DNA of 64,000 nt from Candidatus Woesearchaeota archaeon (GCA_043803105.1 JAZDKJ010000008.1:96001-160000); one strand, 5' to 3'. Shown: positions 30,670 to 40,923, counted from the stretch's first letter. Made by a program: numbers and translations. Notes: generated by a model from the letters alone, not told the origin.

Positions 30670-31170
30670 GTGGCTGTAACAAACGACAAGCTGTACAAGA
30701 CCATATCTGAATTGGTTGGCGAGGATGTGATTCCATTGGTTAAATTCCTAAGGAACAGGAAAAACATCTCGGAATTCAAGATAGCTGAAAAGATAAACAT
30801 CGAGGTAAACCAGACCAGGAACATGCTCTACAGGCTGCATGACCACAACTTGGTAACTTACCACAGGAAAAAAGACCGTATCAAGGGATGGTACATAAGC
30901 TACTGGACATTCAACATCAAAAGACTAAAACAGCTGGTGCATAGCCTTCAAAAACAGAAAATAACGCAACTCAAGGACAAACTGAAGAAAGAGGAAGAGA
31001 ACCAGAACTCCTATTTCATCTGCCCAAACCTGTGCGTGAGGCTGGACTTTGACCAATCAACAGACTTTGAGTTCAAGTGCCCTGAGTGCGGATCGCTCCT
31101 GGTGCATCAGGACAACACGAAAACAATAATCAACCTTAAGGAAAAAATAAAGGTGCTTGAAGCAGCTTAA
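30670..31170 (+). CDS. tfe: transcription factor E (TFIIE alpha)
   Basis: wHTH with TRNMLYRL and GWYISYW; Zn ribbon CPN..C, FKCPECGS. Confidence 0.9.
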   Translation: MAVTNDKLYKTISELVGEDVIPLVKFLRNRKNISEFKIAEKINIEVNQTRNMLYRLHDHNLVTYHRKKDRIKGWYISYWTFNIKRLKQLVHSLQKQKITQLKDKLKKEEENQNSYFICPNLCVRLDFDQSTDFEFKCPECGSLLVHQDNTKTIINLKEKIKVLEAA

Positions 31171-31400
31171 GAAACAAGTTCTTTTCTGTGCTCCATCTGG
31201 ACCAATGAAACAAGGGCCCTGACAATGGCAGCAATGCTTAGCAACATAACTGTGATATCCTCTACCTTAACTGGAATTCCAATATTGAACATTGCCTTGT
31301 TGTTGCCCAGATTAAACAAAGCAGATATGAAAATCAGTGCGAAAACAACCAGGATTACCAAAAGCAGATAGATGGTGCGCCTGTGATACTTGTGCAGCAT
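31167..31400 (-). CDS. small membrane protein
   Basis: Two hydrophobic segments. Confidence 0.55.
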   Translation of the reverse strand: MLHKYHRRTIYLLLVILVVFALIFISALFNLGNNKAMFNIGIPVKVEDITVMLLSIAAIVRALVSLVQMEHRKELVS

Positions 31401-31478
31401 TATGGGTGGGGGTCTCTTGAATTATTTAAAGGTAAGCACAAGAAGATATTTAAGGCTCGGACTCATTCTTTGCATGCG

Positions 31479-32522
31479 ATGAACTTTACAGAATCATTGT
31501 CCAGGAATAAGAGAGAGATAGACCATGAGCTGGAAAGATTCTTTGATGCACGGATGAAAAAAGCAAAGGGAATATCGCCTGAAGCATACGAGGCGTTCCA
31601 AATACTAAAGGAGTTCAACCTCAGGGGAGGCAAGCGTATAAGACCAATGCTAACCATATCCAGCTACAGAGGATTTGGCGGAAAGAACAAGGAGATAACA
31701 AGGGCTGCGCTTGCGGTTGAGTTGATGGAGTCATTCCTTCTAATACACGATGACATCATGGACAAGGACGCGATGCGAAGGGGCGGGCCAACTGTGCACA
31801 AAATCTATGAGACAAAATTCAAGGGTGCAGAGCATTATGGCAACTCGCTAGCCATAGTGGTGGGAGATATAGCATCTGCATTAGGAAGCGAGGCAATTGC
31901 GGAAACTGGGTTTGACGCAAGACGCAGGATTGAGGCAATAGAGAAATTCAACAAGGTAATAATCAACACATGCTTTGGCCAGATACTGGACCTAAAGTCA
32001 GAGATGTGCTATCCGAAGGAAAGAGACATTGTGCAGATACATACGCTGAAGACTGCAATCTACACAATAGAAGGGCCGCTTCACATAGGAGCAATCCTTG
32101 CAGGGGCAAGCAGGGAACAGCTCAGGCAACTGACCAGGTTTGCAATACCGCTTGGAAAGGCATTCCAGCTAAAGGATGACATACTTGGGGTTTTTGGGAG
32201 CGCAAAGAGGATAGGAAAGCCTGTTGGAAGCGACATAAGGCAAGGGAAGAGGACTTTGTTAATACTTAAGGCAATGGAAAAAGGCAACGAAGAAGACAGA
32301 AAGTTACTGAAAAGATGCCTTGGAAAAAAATCGCTAAGCTCAAGGGAGATAAACAAAGTAAGGATAATTTTACGGTCCACAGGGTCACTGCAATACTCTG
32401 AACAGTTGGTGAAGGAGAATATATCACTGGCAAAATCTGCACTCAACGAGATAAGAATGGAGAAAGAGAGCAAGGAGTTCTTGAAAGGAATAGCTGATTA
32501 TGTGATGGAGAGAGACAAGTGA
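31479..32522 (+). CDS. polyprenyl diphosphate synthase (GGPP synthase-like)
   Basis: GGKRIRP, LIHDDIMDKDAMRRG, FQLKDDILG. Confidence 0.92.
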   Translation: MNFTESLSRNKREIDHELERFFDARMKKAKGISPEAYEAFQILKEFNLRGGKRIRPMLTISSYRGFGGKNKEITRAALAVELMESFLLIHDDIMDKDAMRRGGPTVHKIYETKFKGAEHYGNSLAIVVGDIASALGSEAIAETGFDARRRIEAIEKFNKVIINTCFGQILDLKSEMCYPKERDIVQIHTLKTAIYTIEGPLHIGAILAGASREQLRQLTRFAIPLGKAFQLKDDILGVFGSAKRIGKPVGSDIRQGKRTLLILKAMEKGNEEDRKLLKRCLGKKSLSSREINKVRIILRSTGSLQYSEQLVKENISLAKSALNEIRMEKESKEFLKGIADYVMERDK

Positions 32523-33352
32523 TAATTGTTGCAAAACACGCCGGCTTCTGTTCAGGAGTCAAAAGAGCAGTAAGCACAGCATTTTCTGTAGCGGACCATA
32601 ATAAAGAGAGCAGGATATTCACGTATGGAGAGCTCATCCACAATCCGCAGGTGCTAAAGCAGCTAAAAGACAAGAAAGTCAAGATTACAAAAAGCCTAAC
32701 TGGGTTAAAAAAAGGTGATATCCTAATAATCAGGTCACACGGGGCAAGCCCTGAAGTGTACAGGAAAGCGAGAGAAAAAGGGCTTAGGGTTATCGATGCA
32801 ACATGCCCCTTTGTCAAGGTGGCACATGAAAAGATACAAATGCTTGAGAAAGAGGGATTTCTGCCATTAATTGTTGGAGAGGCAAAGCACCCGGAAGTGA
32901 TGGCTTTAAGAAAATTTGTGAGAAAGGCAATAGTTGTGGCTGACGCAAGCAAGGTACCTCTAAGCATCAAAGGTAAGAGAATAGGGGTTATTTCGCAGAC
33001 AACTCAACCAGTAGAGAATTTCAATACAGTGACTGAAGAAGCAAGAAAGCTTGCCAAGGAAATCAAAGTCTTCAACACAATATGCAGCGCAACAACAATA
33101 AGGCAGGAAGAGGCAAAAAGGCTTGCAGGAAAGGTAGACATCATGATTGTTGTGGGAGGATATTCAAGCGCAAACACAAAGAAGCTTGCTGAGCTGTGCA
33201 GCAGGATAGTTGAAACACATCAGATAGAAACAGCAGAAGAACTCAAGATTAGCTGGCTCAAAGGAAAAAAGAGAATAGGAATAACAGCAGGGGCTTCAAC
33301 TCCAAGCGAAGCAATACAGGATGTTGAAAGTGCAATCAGGAGTTCTGCTTAA
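32519..33352 (+). CDS. ispH: 4-hydroxy-3-methylbut-2-enyl diphosphate reductase
   Basis: GFCSGVKRA, IHN, SHG, DATCPFV, HPEV, TICSAT, ITAGASTP. Confidence 0.95.
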   Translation: MIIVAKHAGFCSGVKRAVSTAFSVADHNKESRIFTYGELIHNPQVLKQLKDKKVKITKSLTGLKKGDILIIRSHGASPEVYRKAREKGLRVIDATCPFVKVAHEKIQMLEKEGFLPLIVGEAKHPEVMALRKFVRKAIVVADASKVPLSIKGKRIGVISQTTQPVENFNTVTEEARKLAKEIKVFNTICSATTIRQEEAKRLAGKVDIMIVVGGYSSANTKKLAELCSRIVETHQIETAEELKISWLKGKKRIGITAGASTPSEAIQDVESAIRSSA

Positions 33353-33353
33353 G

Positions 33354-33581
33354 CTACTTCTCTACGGATAATTGGTATGTTTTCTCGATGCCTGCCATAT
33401 AACGTTCTCCTACTGCTATGAGATCGTTCAAGCATTGATTGCCTGGAGCCTGTAGTTCCAGATATTTTGTTAATGCTTCTGACTCAGGCATTGTCGATGC
33501 TACTCGCTCCACAGTTACCTTACTTGCCTTCAGCAAAGCCATGTGTTGCTTGGCTAATTCCATCAATTGTTCAAATTCCAT
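33354..33581 (-). CDS. small hypothetical protein
   Basis: GAGGTG SD upstream of MEFEQ. Confidence 0.5.
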   Translation of the reverse strand: MEFEQLMELAKQHMALLKASKVTVERVASTMPESEALTKYLELQAPGNQCLNDLIAVGERYMAGIEKTYQLSVEK

Positions 33582-33671
33582 TGAAAACACCTCAGGAATT
33601 ACAGTGTTTCTGAGGAATAAAATAGTTGACAAAGAAAAACTGAAGGTTTTACGAGTTAGCTGAAAATATTC

Positions 33672-34028
33672 TCAAGACTTAGACAATGTCAGCTGTTCCA
33701 TCTGTTTCTTTGCAGCTTCTACTGCAGGACCATAAGGAACTACTGTAGGGTCTTTCTTGTGCTGTTCATACAACTTAACCACTTGATAAACAAAGCCTTT
33801 GAGCTCAGCAATCTTCACTTTTCCTATAGCGTCGGTAAGTTTATTGAGATTCATTTCCATGCTCGTTATAACATCATCTACACTAGAAACTTCATTGCAT
33901 GTATTGTCGGATTTTGACCTCTCGTTTGCTTCTATTTCCCTTGCTTTATCAAGATAACACTTGACAGCGTTGTGAGTAACCTTTGTACGGTCGAGCAAAG
34001 CTTTTATCTTGTCAGCAGTTTCATACAT
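33672..34028 (-). CDS. hypothetical helical protein
   Basis: GGAGG SD upstream; coiled-coil-like. Confidence 0.6.
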   Translation of the reverse strand: MYETADKIKALLDRTKVTHNAVKCYLDKAREIEANERSKSDNTCNEVSSVDDVITSMEMNLNKLTDAIGKVKIAELKGFVYQVVKLYEQHKKDPTVVPYGPAVEAAKKQMEQLTLSKS

Positions 34029-34151
34029 TGTTATTCGCCTCCGAAATATGTTACTATGTAGTAGTAACGCTAGTATTTAAGGCTTTCTATTGATTTTCTG
34101 AAAGATTTTCAGGCTTAAAAAGATGACTTTTGAATACAGAATCAAGAATGG

Positions 34152-34853
34152 CTATTTACCAAAACGCCTGTCTCTTTGCTTGTACTCTTCAATAACCTTA
34201 ATCAGGTCTTCCTTCTCAAACTCAGGCCACATCTTCTCAAGAAAGAACCATTCTGAATAGCTTGCCTGCCAGATAAGAAAGTTAGATGTGCGTTTTTCCC
34301 CTCCTGTGCGGATTATTAGGTCAGGCTCGTCAGGTGTGTAAAGATTTTCCTTGAAGGTCTCCTCGTTAATAGCATCAACGTCAAGCTTTCCAGACTTTAT
34401 CTGCTCTGCAATCTTCTTGACAGCATCAATAACCTCTGAACGGCCACCATAACCCATTGCAAAATTGATTATGGAACCATCATAGCCTTTGGTCTGTTGC
34501 ATGAGTGAATGCATCTGTTCCTGTATGTCTTGCGGGAACATGTTAAGCCTGCCTATGAAATTGATCCTTATCATGTTCTTATGCAGCCTCTCATCATCCT
34601 TTATGCGATCGAACTCTGAGCGAAAAAGGTTCATCAGGTAATCAAACTCCTCTTTAGGCCGGCTGAAATTCTCAACAGAGAAGGTGTACAAAGTGAGCTC
34701 TTTGATGCCCAGGTCTGCACACCAATCAAGCAGCTTCTCCACTTTCTGTGCTCCCCATTCATGGCCTTTCCAGGGCTTCATCATCAGGCGCCTTGAAAAG
34801 CGCCTGTTGCCGTCAAGGATTATCGCAATGTGCTTTGGTACTTTGGATGTCAT
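34152..34853 (-). CDS. uppS: cis-prenyltransferase (undecaprenyl-PP synthase family)
   Basis: HIAIILDGNRR, FSVENFSR, YGGR, PDLIIRTGGEKRTSNFLIWQ. Confidence 0.95.
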   Translation of the reverse strand: MTSKVPKHIAIILDGNRRFSRRLMMKPWKGHEWGAQKVEKLLDWCADLGIKELTLYTFSVENFSRPKEEFDYLMNLFRSEFDRIKDDERLHKNMIRINFIGRLNMFPQDIQEQMHSLMQQTKGYDGSIINFAMGYGGRSEVIDAVKKIAEQIKSGKLDVDAINEETFKENLYTPDEPDLIIRTGGEKRTSNFLIWQASYSEWFFLEKMWPEFEKEDLIKVIEEYKQRDRRFGK

Positions 34854-34899
34854 TCTAACAAGGTTAGTGATAAGTAAATGGTTTAAAAACTTTACGGAA

Positions 34900-36069
34900 T
34901 CACGGCTTAGAAAATTCTTGGTCAATTACGCAGCATTCGTTCTCAAGGGTTGCAAGGAGCTGTTTCCTTAAATTCGCGGCAAGAGCTTCAGGTGGAATAA
35001 CACCAGGCTCCTTAACCTTGGGAATAATCCCTGCAAAGGCTGCTGCTGCCAAGCCAGTCGGATATGATATATAGGTTGCACCTGGAAATTTTTTTGATAT
35101 AAACTTCAGGTCTGGGAACTTTGCCACAACCTTGACTTTAATTGGTTTTCCTGAATCTTTTCCAACTATTTCCATAACGCATAGGTAGACACCGTTCTCA
35201 ACAAGGCCTTTTTTCATAAGTGAAAGCATTTCTTTTGGGGTTGGAACAGGTGGTATAATCTTTGAAAAGAAGTCCAGAGGGACAATCTTCTTGCCATTGA
35301 CAGACACAGGCTTTTCGCTGAACAAACCGCACCTGAAGAAGGTGTTGGCAGTGTCTATGTCAGTTCCTGATGCCTTAAAGCTACAGTGCTTAAGCTTAAT
35401 GTACCTGGGAATGGTGCAGACCTCATCACCATAAAGAAGAAAGGCAAACCTGCTGCAGTAAGGTGCAGGATAACAATATTCTTCAGGATCATCAAAGGTT
35501 TTTTTGTACAAATATTTTCCGTTGCCGTAAATAGGCGGATTGTCAGTGAGGGTGTCAAAGGCTGCTTCCTTGGACCAGGCAGAAACCAGCACTGCTGCCT
35601 GCTGGTCTTCAAAAGAGTAGAATTTTACAGAATCCACAGAATCAAGCCTGTCAGCCACGTCTTTGACGAGAAGGTTTGTTATCCCTGGCGCAATACCTGT
35701 GCAAAACAGCCCAACCAGACCTTGCTTTCTAAAGGCCTTATCGTACTTCAACTGTTCAGGTGGGTTATGCATCAAGGCTAAATCCTGATAGTTGGCATTT
35801 GCCTTCAAAGCAGCCTGCATAAGAGAATCGTTAAAGAAATTACAGCATGCATTGATAATCAGGTCATAACCCTTGGCAAGCTTGGCAATCTGATTAGTGT
35901 TGGCAGCGTCTGCAGTCACAAGATGAATCTTATTGTGCGGGGCTATAAACTGCCTGTCCCTCTTAATATTGTTCGAGGCAATCTTAATCTCTGAAACATG
36001 TGAGTCATGCGCAAGAAGCTTTGACATGACAGAGGAGACACCACCCATGCCGACGATAAATATCTTCAT
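34900..36069 (-). CDS. saccharopine dehydrogenase-family oxidoreductase (carboxy(nor)spermidine dehydrogenase-like)
   Basis: VGMGGV Rossmann, ANYQDLA, TGIAPGITN. Confidence 0.8.
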   Translation of the reverse strand: MKIFIVGMGGVSSVMSKLLAHDSHVSEIKIASNNIKRDRQFIAPHNKIHLVTADAANTNQIAKLAKGYDLIINACCNFFNDSLMQAALKANANYQDLALMHNPPEQLKYDKAFRKQGLVGLFCTGIAPGITNLLVKDVADRLDSVDSVKFYSFEDQQAAVLVSAWSKEAAFDTLTDNPPIYGNGKYLYKKTFDDPEEYCYPAPYCSRFAFLLYGDEVCTIPRYIKLKHCSFKASGTDIDTANTFFRCGLFSEKPVSVNGKKIVPLDFFSKIIPPVPTPKEMLSLMKKGLVENGVYLCVMEIVGKDSGKPIKVKVVAKFPDLKFISKKFPGATYISYPTGLAAAAFAGIIPKVKEPGVIPPEALAANLRKQLLATLENECCVIDQEFSKP

Positions 36070-36157
36070 CTGTAAGATGGCTCAAAAATCCTACTATAAA
36101 TAGGTTTCGTCGGTGAGAATCGCAAAATATAAGAGGAGGAACCAGTTAGGTCTTGTC

Positions 36158-36601
36158 ATGAAGCAAAAAAACTACTATATCATAATGGCTTCGATAGCGC
36201 TAATTGCAGTCATAGTTTCAATCACAGCAGAAATAGAGCACGTTACACAGCAAAGTTCTCTGCAAGGCTTCTGCAACGCTTTTGGGAAGAGCAGCTGCCA
36301 GACAGTCCAAGACAGTGTCTACGGAAAAATCTTTGGGATGGACACAGCGATTTATGGAATAGTTGGCTTTAGTTTGCTCTTGATTGTGTCAGCATTGTTC
36401 TATTTTACAAAGAAGAAGCTTTTCCAAAACCTAACGATTATAGGCACTTTGATCGGAGGATTAATGGCACTTCGCTTCCTGTATCTGCAGGCATTTGTGC
36501 TGCACCTTTTCTGCATCTTCTGCGTTGTTGTTGACACGCTCGGAGTCATACTGCTAGGAATAGGAATATTCCTAGCAGCAAAGACTATGAAAAAACGCTG
36601 A
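36158..36601 (+). CDS. vitamin K epoxide reductase (VKOR) family
   Basis: C...SCQTVQDSVYGKIFG; CIFC. Confidence 0.88.
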   Translation: MKQKNYYIIMASIALIAVIVSITAEIEHVTQQSSLQGFCNAFGKSSCQTVQDSVYGKIFGMDTAIYGIVGFSLLLIVSALFYFTKKKLFQNLTIIGTLIGGLMALRFLYLQAFVLHLFCIFCVVVDTLGVILLGIGIFLAAKTMKKR

Positions 36602-36657
36602 TGCAATCTCTCAAACAGAAACAAATATAAATCAAATACTAACTTGTTCTCGGTAAT

Positions 36658-36913
36658 GCCCCGTTGGTGTAGTCCGGTGACGGTCTTGTCCGTCAACACC
36701 GAAGGCGGCTCCTAGTGACTTCGTCACCGGAGCCCCCTGTGTTATTGGCGGCACGTCAGGACAATCAATCATCCGGCACTTTCGATGCCGGGACTCGGGT
36801 TCAAAGAGCTTTTTTCCATGGGAAAAAACCTCGGAAAAGGCTTTTTGGCTTCGCCAAAAAGTTTGTTTCAAGGAGTTCAATTGTGGAAAAACTAGAAAAT
36901 CCCGAACGGGGCA
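36658..36913 (+). tRNA. tRNA-Glu(TTC) with D-loop intron (~36679-36765) and T-loop intron (~36806-36899)
   Basis: Spliced sequence GCCCCGTTGGTGTAGTCCGGTCAATCATCCGGCACTTTCGATGCCGGGACTCGGGTTCAAATCCCGAACGGGGCA. Confidence 0.92.
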
Positions 36914-37012
36914 TTTTTTCTCCATTGGTGTCTACAAATAAATTATCGTTTGAATCAAAAAATGACAAGAAGGTCCGCACATGGTTTTCAATGGTTCACT
37001 ACAAAATTCAAA

Positions 37013-37993
37013 CTATTTTTTCAAGAACTCATGAGACTTAATTCCCTTAAATTTGGACAGGTAGCCACGAAAGTCACCAGGTATTTTTGTTGAGTCATCA
37101 TAAGTGTACATTTTGACCTTTAACGCTTCAAAAGAGCATTCTGCTATTCGTGCACCATCAAGATTCAAAACGTCTCTTATATGTGAATCGGTTAAATTGA
37201 GCCTATGGATTCTGGCGTCACCCAAGTCGAGGTGTTTGGTTCTTAGCCCTTTCATATTCAATTCTACACATGTAATATCCGAAAAATCTGCATTTTCCTT
37301 TATTACCATGTTCTGCATGTAGGCAGTCCCACCTATTTTCATGAGCTGGCAAAAGGCACTGCCAATTCTGGCGCCAGTCATGTATGCGTTACCTTTGATA
37401 CGAATACCGTATAGGCAAAGTTCATTTTCAACCTTGGCTTTCGAGGCAATAAGATCTCCTTTTAATTTGCAATCTGACAAGTCAAGCCCATAGGGTGAAT
37501 AGGACGGTAATTCATAATCATCAAGTAGTTTGTGCCTTGGATTTACAATATTAATCTTGGGAAGTTTCGGGTTGTTCCTCCTGAAGCGCTGCAACTTGGG
37601 AACATAAGTATCTATTTTCACATGCATTTGATCAAAATTAATCACACTGAAATCATATTCTTCTGTCCCAATACTTCTCTCATATTTTAGGTCATACCTC
37701 TGCTTGCCTTCAACCAGAAGGGCTTCTGATGAGATAAGCTTACCATCCAGGTCGAAGGAATCCCAAACTGTAATGTGATGCCCAGCCTTAACCTGGTCCC
37801 CCTGGATAATATGACCGCTTGTTTCTAGAAGCGAATCATCGAAAATGCGTGCCTCAATAGACTCTATAGCTTCTGGACGCAGGTTTTGCGGGCTGCCAAT
37901 TATGTCAAAGAGTCTTTTATCCCTATGCGAAAAGGAGCGCCGCTTAAATATTGATTTGAAGCCTTCCTTTGACAATTTGTTGTACATAGCCAA
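37013..37993 (-). CDS. hypothetical protein with C-terminal pentapeptide/beta-helix-like repeats
   Basis: Periodic repeats LCLYGIRIKG, AYMTGARIGS, AYMQNMVIKE, LDLGDARIHR, LNLDGARIAE. Confidence 0.7.
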   Translation of the reverse strand: MAMYNKLSKEGFKSIFKRRSFSHRDKRLFDIIGSPQNLRPEAIESIEARIFDDSLLETSGHIIQGDQVKAGHHITVWDSFDLDGKLISSEALLVEGKQRYDLKYERSIGTEEYDFSVINFDQMHVKIDTYVPKLQRFRRNNPKLPKINIVNPRHKLLDDYELPSYSPYGLDLSDCKLKGDLIASKAKVENELCLYGIRIKGNAYMTGARIGSAFCQLMKIGGTAYMQNMVIKENADFSDITCVELNMKGLRTKHLDLGDARIHRLNLTDSHIRDVLNLDGARIAECSFEALKVKMYTYDDSTKIPGDFRGYLSKFKGIKSHEFLKK

Positions 37994-38045
37994 AGTGAAT
38001 ACATAAAGAACATAAAAAGGTTTCCGGTATGAAGCAAACTACTCT

Positions 38046-38093
38046 AATGCCCTAAATCTTCACAAAAAGGTCTTATGACCGAACGGGGCACTT
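38046..38093 (+). repeat. cassette boundary site 1
   Basis: AATGCCCTAAATCTTCACAAAAAGGTCTTATGACCGAACGGGGCACTT. Confidence 0.85.
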
Positions 38094-38656
38094 CACATCT
38101 CTTCCAGAATGTTCTTTTTGTGAAATGCAACCTTATTTGCCTTGAGGATCTCTTCAAAACTCAGTGAATTCTGAATAGGAATTTTTGCTGCTCCACTGCT
38201 GATACGCTCACCACCTATTTCCTTTAGGACTCCGTTAGATCCCCTCCCTGCGAGGATGTAGTTGAACCGGATCTTTTCGGAGTGTGTCAGGCCGTTGAGG
38301 CTCCACGAGAACAGGGTGTAGGATTTGAACCCCAGATTCTCGCAAAAGTGCTTTCCGCTCAGCACACTGATCCCTTCGAGGAACAATCCTGTTCTTGCGA
38401 AGAAACCTGGTGAAAAAAGCTCTTTCAGCAATATCTGTTTTACGTCTAGATTTTGATGGAGAATTTTTTTCAGACCTATTTTGATATTTTGGGCCTTGTC
38501 GAGCCTCTCGCGGAGCGACCCTTCAAGGAATATGACCAACACATCGATGTCCCCCGGAGACAGCTTCCCCTTTACCGATGACCCATACAGGACAATGTCA
38601 AATACGCCTGTGGGACCTATTTCAGACTCTAAGTGCTTTCTTAAGATGTTCAGCAT
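38093..38656 (-). CDS. MNT nucleotidyltransferase (antitoxin-like) with C-terminal extension
   Basis: VLYGSSVKG...DIDVLVI. Confidence 0.85.
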   Translation of the reverse strand: MLNILRKHLESEIGPTGVFDIVLYGSSVKGKLSPGDIDVLVIFLEGSLRERLDKAQNIKIGLKKILHQNLDVKQILLKELFSPGFFARTGLFLEGISVLSGKHFCENLGFKSYTLFSWSLNGLTHSEKIRFNYILAGRGSNGVLKEIGGERISSGAAKIPIQNSLSFEEILKANKVAFHKKNILEEM

Positions 38657-38960
38657 CTTCCTTCAGTAGTTCTGCAGATTCCTTGTCCATCCTTTTTGTA
38701 TAGCTTTCTTGATAGTATGGGAAATCGCGGTCAGCAATCCTGTACATCTCAGGATATTTTTCTTCCAGGACTCTGAAACGGTTGGAGTGCGAGGAGGGGG
38801 CTTCTCCCTCTTTTCTCAGAAGGAAGAGGTCGCAGAGTGCCGCGATAGCTTTGAAAAAGAGTGTTGTCGCTGAGTTGTATTTTTGCTTCTTGAAGGCATC
38901 AAGCCCGAATTCGTAATATTCCCTGAAATTCTCAATGAGAATTTTCTCCTTTTCCTCCAT
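38622..38960 (-). CDS. HEPN-domain protein
   Basis: KYNSATTLFFKAIAALC...SSHSNRF; paired with MNT. Confidence 0.75.
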   Translation of the reverse strand: MEEKEKILIENFREYYEFGLDAFKKQKYNSATTLFFKAIAALCDLFLLRKEGEAPSSHSNRFRVLEEKYPEMYRIADRDFPYYQESYTKRMDKESAELLKEDAEHLKKALRV

Positions 38961-38961
38961 T

Positions 38962-39071
38962 TTGTATAATACAACAGTAGACAACTATTTAAGCCTTTTG
39001 GTTGTACTATACAATTTGTTGTATTATACAATTAATAAGTGCAAGAATCGATTTTATGTTGTATCATATAA
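38962..39071. promoter_or_regulatory. four palindromic operator-like boxes TTGTA-N3-TA(C/T)AA
   Basis: 38962-38974, 39002-39014, 39019-39031 and 39059-39071, directly upstream of HEPN-MNT. Confidence 0.65.
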
Positions 39072-39085
39072 CATCTGTCCACATC

Positions 39086-39130
39086 AATGTGTGAATTTTC
39101 ACAAAAAGACGTAATACCTAACTGGGCAAT
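39086..39130 (+). repeat. cassette boundary site 2 (degenerate)
   Basis: AATGTGTGAATTTTCACAAAAAGACGTAATACCTAACTGGGCAAT. Confidence 0.65.
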
Positions 39131-39313
39131 TTTTTTGTCTCTTAAAAGTAGTTATAAAATGAAAGATTTTTATATTAGAGCGTCTTATGAGATAACTAGA
39201 ACCACTAGTGTGGAAATAAGGCATATAAACTGGAAAAAGAGTTCAGGTAGCTTTTGACAAAAATCCATTTATATATAAATGTTGTAAATAATAGGCGATA
39301 GGAAGGACAAAGA

Positions 39314-40714
39314 ATGAACACACAATATATTAATCAACATACAAACAGTAACCAAAAAATTGATAACAAAGAGGAATTTGAAATTTTGCTGATTGATCCA
39401 GGAATTCAACTCAAAACGAGATCTAATGTAAAATATGTTAATAGGGGACTACTAAGTATAGCTACTTTTTTGAGAAGCAAGGGATTTAGAACAAATTATT
39501 TTTCACTTGATTATTATATTAACGCGGGAATGAATGAGGAGCAGGTTTTTTCTGAAATAGAAAAAATCATTAAGGAAAAAGATGTAAAAATATCGGCTAT
39601 AAGCAATCTCTTTATAGCTGAAACTGACAATGTTCTAAGAATCGCCAAATTTATTAAAGAAAGATTTCCAGAGAATATCACTGTAATCGGCGGATATAAT
39701 CCTACTATTACAAATCAGGAATTAATAAAAAGAGAGGAAATAGATTTTATTATAAGGGGCGAGGGAGAATGGGCGTTGCTTGACCTAGTATCTGCAATAA
39801 AGAATGGAGTGTCAACCAAAGACATTGCCGGATTAGTAACAAAGGAGCATATTGGGGCCGAAAGAAAACACGGCGACCTTAGAGAGCTTCCACCTATTGA
39901 TTACTCAATTTTACCGAGAGCATACTTACTAAGCGATAATCCACCGCGCGTAAATCTTGAAATAAGTCGCGGATGTTATCATAACTGTACCTTTTGCAGC
40001 GTGAGTCAATTTTGGCACGAGACGATACGCTCTCACAACCCGGACAAGTTAATTCATGAATTTGAGGAACTCAAAAAAATAGGTTATAAGGGGTCAATAA
40101 GTCTTGAAGAGTCTATGGTAAATCTTAAATCAGAGAAGATAAAAGAGTTTCTCAGTAATGCGAAGAGATTCAAAGACGAATTTGAATTTGATTTTATTGC
40201 TTCGAGATATGACTTTGTTGATGACGAAAGCATAAGTCTTTTGGATGAGATTGGTTTTCAAAACTTGATGCTGGGTCTTGAATCAGCCTCTAAGAAAGTT
40301 TTAGACAAAATAAACAAACATATAGACTTAGAAGCGTTCATAGAGACTTGCAAGATCGTTAAACAACATAAAATAAGATTGAATGTCTATATGATAGTGG
40401 GACTCCCAGGTGAAACAAAAGAAACGAACAAAGAAACCTACGAGTTTCTGACTAAGATGATGAATGAAGAACTAATAGACACTGTTTTCCCATGCTATTT
40501 TCAACCTTACCATGGCACCAGAGCAAGGGAAGATATAAAAGAGTTTGGAGGAAAAATCTTGGCTGATGAAAAAGACTATTTCAAGTGGTTAATGCGTGAT
40601 GAACCATTGGTAGAGTATGAAGGATTAAATAAGAAAGAGTTAAAGGAAATGATGAACAAGATGTTGTATCTTAACAAAGAAGTGAAAAATCCAGTTATTG
40701 ATAAATTAATGTAG
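39314..40714 (+). CDS. B12-binding radical SAM protein (AT-rich)
   Basis: GLLSIA, VIGGYNPT, GEGE, SRGCYHNCTFC, GLES, GLPGET. Confidence 0.9.
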   Translation: MNTQYINQHTNSNQKIDNKEEFEILLIDPGIQLKTRSNVKYVNRGLLSIATFLRSKGFRTNYFSLDYYINAGMNEEQVFSEIEKIIKEKDVKISAISNLFIAETDNVLRIAKFIKERFPENITVIGGYNPTITNQELIKREEIDFIIRGEGEWALLDLVSAIKNGVSTKDIAGLVTKEHIGAERKHGDLRELPPIDYSILPRAYLLSDNPPRVNLEISRGCYHNCTFCSVSQFWHETIRSHNPDKLIHEFEELKKIGYKGSISLEESMVNLKSEKIKEFLSNAKRFKDEFEFDFIASRYDFVDDESISLLDEIGFQNLMLGLESASKKVLDKINKHIDLEAFIETCKIVKQHKIRLNVYMIVGLPGETKETNKETYEFLTKMMNEELIDTVFPCYFQPYHGTRAREDIKEFGGKILADEKDYFKWLMRDEPLVEYEGLNKKELKEMMNKMLYLNKEVKNPVIDKLM

Positions 40715-40726
40715 GAAAACAATCTA

Positions 40727-40832
40727 ATGCTCAAAATTCAAAAACTACAATCGAGTTATGGAAATCCTCTACGGGATTGATATTGAAATAGGAACTATCA
40801 AAGCGATTGTTAACCCCAATGGGAGCGGTAAT
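40727..40832 (+). pseudogene. frameshifted 5' fragment of an ABC transporter ATPase
   Basis: MLKIQKLQSSYG, then in another frame EILYGIDIEIGTIKAIVNPNGSG (Walker A-like). Confidence 0.6.
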
Positions 40833-40923
40833 TCCACAATTCTTAGGAGTGGTGCATGAAAGAAAGAGTCCTTGTAGAACCTTAAAAAGATTTCAATTCC
40901 CAACTTGTTTTTATGGTTACAAT

